IMG/VR virus record: IMGVR_UViG_2716884766_000001
Location: 32,001-96,000 of that record
DNA: 64,000 nucleotides
DNA from: a virus
Direction: 5' to 3' (one strand)
The notes beneath the pieces were generated by a model. The model saw only the letters and a list, made by a program, of their open reading frames with translations, made no database searches and was not told where the DNA came from. Every line of letters begins with the position of its first letter. Within the stretch, counting starts at the first letter, position 1. Below are positions 56,751 to 64,000 of the stretch, one piece after another. The position numbers and the translations under genes were made by a program.

Positions 56751-58086
56751 TGAAAATCTTTGGAATCACACCGCCAGGAAATAGTCCACCTAACTTATTT
56801 GCTTCTGATAATACTTTTTGTGTGTCTGAACTAGGAGTTGGTAGTGTAGTAAGGAATCCTTTAGTGATGCCAAGCATCATAGCACCTACTTCCTTGAATA
56901 GACTAGACATTACCTTACCCATCTTAGAGTGAGGTATAACCAGTTCTCCTTCACCACCTTCACCGATTAACGCTTTAGTAGGACGTGTGACTTGTCCACC
57001 TTCTGAGAAAGGGAGTACTCCCTTCTGACTCTTGCCACTATAAGTGCCAGTATTTTCATCAAATGCTGCGTATGGATCTTGTCCACTAAGAACTTGAACA
57101 AGTTCAAATATTGTCAATCCCCATCCCGCAATCTGTGAGACAACTTGAGCGATAGCTGGAACAGCAGCACCTACACCAGTGACAGATGCAGGAGCAGTTC
57201 CTAGAGTTGTTGCGTCAGCACCCATGTCTAGAGCAGCAAGAGCAGTGCCGAGCCATCCTTTCCAACCACCTATTTTCTGATAACGAACCATATCATTAGC
57301 TGACAGTGCCATACTTGCTACTGGAATTGCTCGTCCAGAACCTTTCGCCATAACTTTGGAAAGGTTCTTGAACATCTTAGAGTTCTTTAGAGTTTTAACT
57401 ACTGACTTCGCATTATCAACCATCATTGGTGCTTTCTTCCACAAGTCTTTTATCCTCTTGATGCCACCGTCCATCATGGCACCGCTGACATTTTTGACTC
57501 TAGTAGCACCTCCAACTATTTTCTTCTTCAAGAAACTTCCTGCACTGGTTAATTTCTTACCCGCATAGTTGATGCCCTGCATCCCTTTTTTTGCTATCCA
57601 CTTTCCACCTTGTTTTACTTTATTTCCAGCTGCTATACCTTTATCTTTTATCTTATTTCCAATTCTTGCTATATTTCTAGGATTAAGAAACTTAAGCGGA
57701 CCTCTATATACTGCTTTCTTTCCTAAAGCAGGTGCACCACCAAGTCTTAATGCTCTCGCTCTTATACCACGAGCAAATCTACCTATCTTACTGCCCTTAC
57801 CGAAACTTTTAAACCTAAGTCTCTTCTTTTTCTTAAGGAATCTTCTATTTCTGGGTATACCAAAACCACCACCATCACCACCGTCTGCGTCTCTATCCCT
57901 CTTTCTTCCACCAACTACAACTCTTTGCTGTAGCAAGTTCGTCATTATGAAGAACTTCTTTCTATTCCTGAGATAGTCGATGTACTCCATCTCAGTGTCG
58001 AGCATATTCTTGGCTGTACGAGTCATCTTACCTGATACAGGTAAGAGTTTAACTCCTAACATCTTAGAGATAGCACGACGATTCAT
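56728..58086 (-). CDS. Tape-measure-like, highly basic protein
   Basis: K/R-rich N-half, hydrophobic helices and FSEGG...IGEGGEGELVIP; its ATG overlaps the gp51 stop. Confidence 0.5.
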   Translation of the reverse strand: MNRRAISKMLGVKLLPVSGKMTRTAKNMLDTEMEYIDYLRNRKKFFIMTNLLQQRVVVGGRKRDRDADGGDGGGFGIPRNRRFLKKKKRLRFKSFGKGSKIGRFARGIRARALRLGGAPALGKKAVYRGPLKFLNPRNIARIGNKIKDKGIAAGNKVKQGGKWIAKKGMQGINYAGKKLTSAGSFLKKKIVGGATRVKNVSGAMMDGGIKRIKDLWKKAPMMVDNAKSVVKTLKNSKMFKNLSKVMAKGSGRAIPVASMALSANDMVRYQKIGGWKGWLGTALAALDMGADATTLGTAPASVTGVGAAVPAIAQVVSQIAGWGLTIFELVQVLSGQDPYAAFDENTGTYSGKSQKGVLPFSEGGQVTRPTKALIGEGGEGELVIPHSKMGKVMSSLFKEVGAMMLGITKGFLTTLPTPSSDTQKVLSEANKLGGLFPGGVIPKIFNGKKDYK

Positions 58087-58289
58087 CTTCTCTTACGTGA
58101 TTGACGTTCCTTTTCTATACGTTCCCTTTCATCGTTTAACCACTTAGAAAGCATATTGACGTAAATGTCACGCTCCCAAGGGATCATATTCTCTATGTCA
58201 CTCAAGGTATATTTATGGTGTTGAACCAAGGCAAAATTCGTCTGATAGAACCTTGCTAACCCTTCTTGGAATAGGGCTATCCGAAAAAA
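58083..58289 (-). CDS. gp51: Baseplate hub assembly protein gp51-like, in the -1 frame relative to gp26
   Basis: Not in track; reads ...FYQTNFALVQHHKYTLSDIENMIPWERDIYVNML...; no ATG/GTG ahead of the conserved segment. Confidence 0.8.
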   Translation of the reverse strand, partial: FFRIALFQEGLARFYQTNFALVQHHKYTLSDIENMIPWERDIYVNMLSKWLNDERERIEKERQSRKRR

Positions 58290-58975
58290 TTGACTAATCC
58301 TTCGATGACACTAGAAGTTTTGACACCTGTGTTAGGATTAGTAACTGTAAGCTCATGGCGAAGAGTAGGCATAGTATCAAAGAACTTTTGGATACTTTCA
58401 AACTGATCAGTAGTAAGTTGCTCAAGCCAGTCTTGAGCCTCTTTAGGTGTGAACGATCCACAATCTTCTTCTCCTTGGTAAACTCTGTCGATGCATGTAG
58501 ATACCAATTCATATGGATCTACCTCTTCCTCAGTGAAATTAATCTTTGTAAAGTATTCTAGGTTAGGATACTTCATCACCACTGTCACACTCTCGTTAAC
58601 TTTGATTGTATTGTTATGTCCTTCTGGGAAGTTAACCTTAATCTGATCAACGGGAATAGTCACGGGGACTTTCGTCTTTGGATCATCTTCACATGGTACT
58701 TCTATTTCAATGGTTTCTTGAATAGACCTACCACGTAGTTGTAAAAAGATATACTCAACGTCAAAGATAGACAAGTCATCCATCTTAAATCTAGTATTGA
58801 TACAACTCTTAAATATAGTCTTTATTGCTTCTAGTATCTGTGAGGTATTGTTTTCCTCTAATGCTAGGATCAGAACCTTCTGTTCTTTAACTAAAAAGGG
58901 GCGATATTTTAGTTTCTTTTTGGTTGATGGTACTACCAACTCATACGTTGGCGTAACAAGTTCAGGTAATGGCAT
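58277..58975 (-). CDS. gp26: Baseplate hub subunit/chaperone gp26
   Basis: MPLP....PTYEL..PST...KYRPFLVKEQKVL, FDVEYIFLQLRGRS.E and a C-terminal EGL.NFF. Confidence 0.9.
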   Translation of the reverse strand: MPLPELVTPTYELVVPSTKKKLKYRPFLVKEQKVLILALEENNTSQILEAIKTIFKSCINTRFKMDDLSIFDVEYIFLQLRGRSIQETIEIEVPCEDDPKTKVPVTIPVDQIKVNFPEGHNNTIKVNESVTVVMKYPNLEYFTKINFTEEEVDPYELVSTCIDRVYQGEEDCGSFTPKEAQDWLEQLTTDQFESIQKFFDTMPTLRHELTVTNPNTGVKTSSVIEGLVNFFG

Positions 58976-59002
58976 AATAAGTTAGTCAGTATATATTATA
59001 TA

Positions 59003-59695
59003 TCAAGCTTCTACAGAGATACTTTTTGAGCCAGCATCTAGTAATTCAGAGTACTCATAGTACATACCTACGCTTAGTTTAACAACTCCTGATCCACCAG
59101 AACTATATGGTATAGATGAAACCATATATGGATAAGAGTTAATTAGTTTTACTGTCCACACATGGTACTGCTCGTTTGAATTATTTGTTGTTACTGCCCC
59201 TCCTGCTTGTGGATCATACTTTTCAAACTTCTTGATTATAGTATCACATACGTATGACTTATAGTAGTGCTGTACATATGCTCTGTCATATACTCTACCT
59301 TGAGCAACAAAGTCTATGTTAGCAGGATTACCTGTTATAAAATCTTGCCATCCTCTGAAAAATTTATATGCTTCTGACTGAATATCAAGTATAAACGACA
59401 TATCCATCTCATTGAACACCTTTGCCATAGCTGGTTTCATGTTGATACCTTTATGTATTCCCTTGACATCCTGAGACACCATTGATACACCTGGTATCTG
59501 GATCTCGTTTGCCATATCAACCATCAACTTATTAAAGGAGTTGTTTTTGACTCCATATGATTCTAACCACTTAGCTAATTCGCCATTGACTCCCGCAGGA
59601 TCAATACCGAACTGCAGATCATATTGGTTAGTAGAGGACGGACCTCCACTGAACTTTAGATCAGTTAAAAATTTTGTAACGCTCTTCAGTGCCAT
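59003..59695 (-). CDS. Tail tube-like protein (gp54/gp19 family)
   Basis: IPG.S, FFRGWQD.I, L.NSYP and L.V...YEY pattern; start set at ATG 59695. Confidence 0.6.
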   Translation of the reverse strand: MALKSVTKFLTDLKFSGGPSSTNQYDLQFGIDPAGVNGELAKWLESYGVKNNSFNKLMVDMANEIQIPGVSMVSQDVKGIHKGINMKPAMAKVFNEMDMSFILDIQSEAYKFFRGWQDFITGNPANIDFVAQGRVYDRAYVQHYYKSYVCDTIIKKFEKYDPQAGGAVTTNNSNEQYHVWTVKLINSYPYMVSSIPYSSGGSGVVKLSVGMYYEYSELLDAGSKSISVEA

Positions 59696-59728
59696 AAATA
59701 CACTACATGGGGTGGTATTTTTATTTAT
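59694..59728. promoter_or_regulatory. Pair of face-to-face late promoters (ATAAATA on each strand)
   Basis: Plus-strand ATAAATA at 59694-59700 and minus-strand ATAAATA at 59722-59728. Confidence 0.65.
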
Positions 59729-60200
59729 GTCTCTAAAACAAGGAAAGTTCAAACCCAAGAACTATAAGAAATATAAAGGGGATCCAACTAACGTATTTTA
59801 CAGGTCTGGTTGGGAACTTAAGTTCATGAACTGGTGTGATAGTGACAGATCAGTGCTTAGTTGGTCATCGGAAGAGATAATAATTCCATACAAATGTCCT
59901 ACCGATAACAGAGTACACAGGTATTTCCCAGACTTCTGGGTTAAGATACAGGAGTCAACAGGAGTTAAACAGTATCTTGTAGAGGTCAAACCTCTAAAAC
60001 AGACACAAGTACCCAAACCTCAGAAACGTCAAACCCAAAGGTATCTAACGGAGGTTATGACCTATGCTAAAAACGATGCAAAGTGGAGGGCAGCTCAGGA
60101 ATTCTGCGACGACAGAGGATGGAAGTTCAGACTCATCACAGAACGAGAACTCAGAATTAACTACACTGCTCCTAAACCTAAAAGGAAGCAAGGTAAGTAG
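59727..60200 (+). CDS. gp4: Head completion nuclease gp4
   Basis: GKFKPKN.KKYKGDP....YRS.WELKFM.WCD, HRYFPDF, EVKP and N.AKW.AA; start set at ATG 59727. Confidence 0.9.
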   Translation: MSLKQGKFKPKNYKKYKGDPTNVFYRSGWELKFMNWCDSDRSVLSWSSEEIIIPYKCPTDNRVHRYFPDFWVKIQESTGVKQYLVEVKPLKQTQVPKPQKRQTQRYLTEVMTYAKNDAKWRAAQEFCDDRGWKFRLITERELRINYTAPKPKRKQGK

Positions 60201-60558
60201 AGGTCAACTGAGAGAAAAAATATTTGAAGCACTCTACGACAATGCCACAGAACAACCAGAGGTAGGTAAGTGGTATTTCTTTGAATATGACCCGAAATGG
60301 AAAGATATATTAAAGGTATGGGATGAGTACCCATTAATAAAACTCATGGAAATTAAAAGCGATAGACTACTTGGTGCGAATATACATTACCTTAAACCAA
60401 GAGCTAGGTTAGGGTCACTAAATAGTCAGGAAGCCCCTATGTCTACGCTTCACTACTATATACCTAAGAATGCCGACAACCTTTTCTTCGAGGTCGGTGA
60501 AGAAGATGTCGCAGCAATGAGTCAATTACCACTAGAAAAATTTCATAGACAGAGATGA
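60064..60558 (+). CDS. DNA end protector gp2-like protein (start uncertain)
   Basis: GKWYFFEYDPK.K..L..WDEYPL...GANIHYL. Confidence 0.65.
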   Translation: MLKTMQSGGQLRNSATTEDGSSDSSQNENSELTTLLLNLKGSKVSRGQLREKIFEALYDNATEQPEVGKWYFFEYDPKWKDILKVWDEYPLIKLMEIKSDRLLGANIHYLKPRARLGSLNSQEAPMSTLHYYIPKNADNLFFEVGEEDVAAMSQLPLEKFHRQR

Positions 60559-61769
60559 ATAAATATAAAAAAATCTATGGAAGTGGAGCATCCTATCCAG
60601 TAGGAGTGTCTAATATTAGATATGCATCCTACTTAGAGATAACAAAATATAAGTATAACTCAGGATTGAAAGCAGCCTATGACAATGGTCAGAGAGACGT
60701 TGCTGCTTCATTTGGTCAGAACTCTATTGTTCAGGCTGCTAGAAAAGTTGTTAATGAATCAGGTAAAGGATTATTTGGAGGTCTTGATGAGACTGACTAT
60801 GACCTATCCAAATTAAATGCTGATATAATAAAGGATATAAAGGAAAGCGATGCTTTCAATAAAGAAGAGAGAAAACAGATAAGAAAAAACATAGCAAACG
60901 GAGACTATAGTCATATATTTAAAGATGGCAATGAAATTACATTACAAAATGGTGATGTAATTAAAAACGCAGAACAATTACAAGCAATTAAAAGGGAAGC
61001 AAAGTCAGCAATAGGTCAAGAGTCTGCTATCTTTAACTTACCCATGCCTCAAGAGTTTAGTTACAACTACAGTGCTGACTGGTCTAATGAGTTCAAGATG
61101 GGAACCATGGCTAGACTCATGGATGACTTCGCAGGAGGTCTAGGTCAGATGGTTACAACAGGAGCATTCTCGGTAGGAACTGAACTAGCAAATATAACAG
61201 GAAAACTTGCTGTAGGAGGTTTTGCTGAAGGTGCTGGCTTTGATGGAGGAAGATTTGAAAATGTGATTGGAGCAGCATTTAAAGGAGCAACTAACCCACT
61301 AGGTAGTACTGACGCATTAGATATTAATAGAATGTTAGGACTGGCTGGACTAGCACCTAATGAGAATGCTATTAACTTCTTTAAGAAGATGCAGAACAGA
61401 AAGTTCACTGTATCATTTGACTTCTTTGCTCGTAGTCCAGAGGAAGGAACTAATATAGATGAGATCATATACGCATTCAAAGGAGGAATGCATCCATCAG
61501 CAAGTCAAAAAGGAACTGGTGGAGTTCTTGGTTTCCCAGACTTATTCGTTCTTAAACCAATGTTTGTTGAAGCAGATCAGACTAAGATTAGACATCCAAT
61601 GATGCCTAAGTCTAAGATGTGTGCTTTGACTGACCTACAGATAAATACTACACCATCAAATAACTTTGTAACAACCAAAGATGGTAAGATCCCATTACAG
61701 TCAGTTACAATGATGTTTGAAGAGATAACAGCAATGACTCAATCAGATATAAAGGCAGGAGATTTCTAA
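60555..61769 (+). CDS. gp48: Baseplate tail tube cap gp48
   Basis: YP, LPMP......Y..W, PN....F....R.F...F.F..RS.EE and C.LT....N.TP pattern; precedes gp53. Confidence 0.75.
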   Translation: MNKYKKIYGSGASYPVGVSNIRYASYLEITKYKYNSGLKAAYDNGQRDVAASFGQNSIVQAARKVVNESGKGLFGGLDETDYDLSKLNADIIKDIKESDAFNKEERKQIRKNIANGDYSHIFKDGNEITLQNGDVIKNAEQLQAIKREAKSAIGQESAIFNLPMPQEFSYNYSADWSNEFKMGTMARLMDDFAGGLGQMVTTGAFSVGTELANITGKLAVGGFAEGAGFDGGRFENVIGAAFKGATNPLGSTDALDINRMLGLAGLAPNENAINFFKKMQNRKFTVSFDFFARSPEEGTNIDEIIYAFKGGMHPSASQKGTGGVLGFPDLFVLKPMFVEADQTKIRHPMMPKSKMCALTDLQINTTPSNNFVTTKDGKIPLQSVTMMFEEITAMTQSDIKAGDF

Positions 61770-62395
61770 TGTTATTTCAAAGAGGACCTAATGTCCTATA
61801 CAACTATACAGATAAACACCTAGATCCCAAGGTTTATACCGCAGCAAATCTATGGAGAAGGAATGACATCAAAGATGATTATCTTTCTTCTCTTGTCCTT
61901 ATGGATGAATATCTAATAAGATCTGGTGACACTCCTGAGTCAGTATCATTTGACTTCTATGGGAGAGTAGATTTTGGGTGGTGTATAATGGTAGCAAATG
62001 ATATTACTAGCTATCATGACCAGTGGCCAAGAACATCTACAGCATTGAGTGACTATGTTTATGCTAAGTATGAAAATCCTGCTGCTGTGATGATGTATGA
62101 AACTACTGAAGTTACAGATGCTTTAGGTCGTAAGATTGTTAAAGCAGGACTCAGAGTTCCATCTAACTATCAGGTCACATACTATGATGGCACAGCGTCT
62201 GCGGGTGTAACTGTCAATCCAGTATCACCAGTGACATACTATCAATATGAAGAGAGATTGAATAGTGAGAAAGAAAAAATAAACGTAATAAAACCCGCCT
62301 ACATAGAGGAGTTCGTAAGAGTTTACGTCTCGTCTCTACATCGGGCGGGTTCAACCGTTATTGGTCAGAGTAAAGCTGATATTAAAATAGACTAA
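61769..62395 (+). CDS. gp53: Baseplate wedge subunit gp53
   Basis: GDTPESVSFDFYG....W.I...N.I.....WP, YETTEV and YEERLNSEK.KI. Confidence 0.85.
   Translation: MLFQRGPNVLYNYTDKHLDPKVYTAANLWRRNDIKDDYLSSLVLMDEYLIRSGDTPESVSFDFYGRVDFGWCIMVANDITSYHDQWPRTSTALSDYVYAKYENPAAVMMYETTEVTDALGRKIVKAGLRVPSNYQVTYYDGTASAGVTVNPVSPVTYYQYEERLNSEKEKINVIKPAYIEEFVRVYVSSLHRAGSTVIGQSKADIKID
62287..62351 (-). terminator. Extended hairpin plus U-rich tail, probable terminator of the gp32-talC transcript
   Basis: Stacked stems AACCCGCC/GGCGGGUU, AUGUAGAG/CUCUAUGU, GAG/CUC and CGUAA/UUACG, followed by UUAUU. Confidence 0.6.
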
Positions 62396-63192
62396 GGATT
62401 AAATCCTACACCAGGATCAAAGTCACCAAAGTCGACAGTTCCCTGTGTCTCAGGTGTGTCGATGGTATAAGTAAATCCATCATCTATTCCTGTAGGAAAG
62501 TCATAAGATAGACCATCTAATCTATCCATATCGCCACCGACTCTTTCACTAGAGAAGGTGGTTTTGTGGTCTTCATCGAAGATTTTTAATCCTGCGTCTG
62601 TTAACACATGATCGTACATCTTAGTGAATACCTTTGGAGGTATGGTACAAATATGAGCACCATTCCAGAATGCGAGTGTAACCTTAGCAACGTCACGAAT
62701 AGATGCTGCTAATACCTCAGTATAGATACCATGCTTCTTGTAGATATCAACTATAGAACGAACAACTTCTACACCTGAGTGAGAGTTATCTTCTAGTCTA
62801 CCAACGAAAGGTGAGACATATGCTGCCCCTGCCTTTGCTGCTAGGATTGCTTGTGCTGTGCTGAATATAAGTGTTACGTTTACTCTAATTAATTCTTTTG
62901 AAAGAGTGTGACAAGCAAGGAGTCCGTCTGGTGTACACGGAACCTTGATTGTCGCACAGTCACCAAACTTTGCTTTCAATCTACGACCTTCGTTGATCAT
63001 AGTTTCAGCATTGCCTACGACTTCCATAGAGATATCACCGATTCCCATGTCCTTGAGTTTTTGGTACACCTTTTCTGGGTGTCTGCCACTCTTCATAATA
63101 AGGGTAGGGTTGGTTGTTACACCATCAATAAGACCTGTTTCGTATGCGTCTTTAATCGCCCATACGTCAGCGGAATCAATGAAGATCTTCAT
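62392..63192 (-). CDS. talC: Transaldolase TalC (FSA/MipB family) with an acidic C-terminal extension
   Basis: MKIFIDSAD, GVTTNPTL, TIKVP, NVTLIFS, YVSPFVGR and LAASIR. Confidence 0.95.
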   Translation of the reverse strand: MKIFIDSADVWAIKDAYETGLIDGVTTNPTLIMKSGRHPEKVYQKLKDMGIGDISMEVVGNAETMINEGRRLKAKFGDCATIKVPCTPDGLLACHTLSKELIRVNVTLIFSTAQAILAAKAGAAYVSPFVGRLEDNSHSGVEVVRSIVDIYKKHGIYTEVLAASIRDVAKVTLAFWNGAHICTIPPKVFTKMYDHVLTDAGLKIFDEDHKTTFSSERVGGDMDRLDGLSYDFPTGIDDGFTYTIDTPETQGTVDFGDFDPGVGFNP

Positions 63193-63194
63193 AG

Positions 63195-64000
63195 TTATTC
63201 GTTAGCAAGTTTAGCAAAGTAGGATAATGCGTCATCTTCTTCTTCTACTGGAGCAGATGCCGACTTGAAGGATGGAGCTGCGGATGCTGCTATCTCAGTA
63301 GCACCTTTTACCTCTCTATATTTTCCTTCTGACTCATCTTCCAACTCAGCGTCTGGTATTCTGCGAGTTGGTTGAGTACTAAGAACTGTCTGTAGACGAG
63401 TATCTAACTCTTCAAAAGTTTTAAACTTATCAGGAGCAGTAAAGTCAGTAAGACTATACTGTTGCTTCCAAAGAGTTTCTAACTCTGAATCACTAAATCC
63501 CTTAAGTGTGCTTGGTTCAGCAAACTCAGACTTGTCGTAGTTCCAATAACCTTCTACCTTTCTGATCTTCACCTTGAAGTCAGCACCCTTCCAGAAATCG
63601 AATGGGTTGATAGGGGTCTCATCAGCAAATGCAGGTTGCATTGCTTCGGTAAGTTTGTCAAAAATTTTCTTACCATACTTATAAAGGAATACTCTTCCTT
63701 CGTTCTGTGGATTAGCAGGGTCTTGTAAGACGTAGATATTACTGTAGTAAGATAACTTACGTTTTTGCTTACGAGCAATTTCTTTGTCAGCGTCACTACC
63801 GCTATTCCATAATGTCCTATTAAGATCCGATACTGGATCCTTCTTGCCTAAAGTTGTGAGAGAGTTCTCAATATACCATCCACCAGGACCTTGGAAGGCA
63901 TGACTCCAAACTTGTGCCCATGGAAGGTCTTCTCCATCGGGTGCGGGTAGGAATCTGATTACTGCGTAACCATTGCCCGCTTTGTCTACTTCTGGTTTCC
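63195..64000 (-). CDS. gp32: Single-stranded DNA-binding protein gp32 (3' part; start lies beyond the window)
   Basis: WKPEVDKAGNGYAVIRFLPAP...HAFQGPGGWYIENSLTT, KRKLSYYSNI, NYDKSEF and an acidic DALSYFAKLA tail. Confidence 0.95.
   Translation of the reverse strand, partial: KPEVDKAGNGYAVIRFLPAPDGEDLPWAQVWSHAFQGPGGWYIENSLTTLGKKDPVSDLNRTLWNSGSDADKEIARKQKRKLSYYSNIYVLQDPANPQNEGRVFLYKYGKKIFDKLTEAMQPAFADETPINPFDFWKGADFKVKIRKVEGYWNYDKSEFAEPSTLKGFSDSELETLWKQQYSLTDFTAPDKFKTFEELDTRLQTVLSTQPTRRIPDAELEDESEGKYREVKGATEIAASAAPSFKSASAPVEEEDDALSYFAKLANE

Noticed and set aside
58294-58512. 72-aa alternative-frame ORF inside gp26
   Set aside because: It is in the +1 frame, stops before the slippery site and has no recognisable motif; it is not the gp51 frame.
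59541-59758. Long N-terminal extensions of gp4 and the gp54-like gene given in the ORF track
   Set aside because: They overlap each other; the conserved sequence and late promoters support starts at 59727 and 59695.
63569-63796. 75-aa ORF, and the apparent gp32 start at 63641
   Set aside because: The gp32 frame stays open to the window edge with conserved motifs; the short ORF is an out-of-frame shadow.
1-64000. tRNA or rRNA genes, introns and inteins
   Set aside because: I recognised no cloverleaf/T-loop, rRNA, homing endonuclease or intein signatures by eye; tRNAscan-SE and Infernal would be needed to exclude them formally.

Overview
This 64 kb window comes from a T4-like marine cyanophage (cyanomyovirus); cpeT, talC and a psbN-like gene point to a Prochlorococcus/Synechococcus host. 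Most genes are on the minus strand. From left to right: (1) 1-21.9 kb is a baseplate module with a partial VrlC/DUF4815-type protein, gp8, a giant 4940-aa gp7, gp6, gp25 and a PAAR spike tip. (2) 21.9-35.9 kb is an accessory/early region of short ORFs, punctuated by 9-10 copies of a palindromic element set at a fixed distance from -10 boxes, often on both strands. It also holds a promoter-driven ~65-nt hairpin RNA, a PD-(D/E)xK nuclease plus methyltransferase pair, a second methyltransferase and an SF2 helicase. (3) 35.9-46 kb is a tail-fibre module ending in a gp38-like polyglycine adhesin and a tandem paralog pair. (4) 46-49.6 kb is an accessory operon with an acyl carrier protein, two 2OG-Fe(II) oxygenases and CpeT. 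(5) 49.6-64 kb carries the hub/tail genes (split gp5, three tape-measure-like ORFs including an M23 peptidase, gp51, gp26, gp54-like, gp4, gp2, gp48, gp53), then talC and a partial gp32. The most notable observations are a probable programmed -1 frameshift fusing gp26 to a start-less gp51 (like lambda G/GT), the bidirectional palindrome-promoter array, the hairpin RNA, the putative phage restriction-modification pair and nested repeat insertions in gp7. All protein calls come from motifs and synteny read by eye; no database searches were run.
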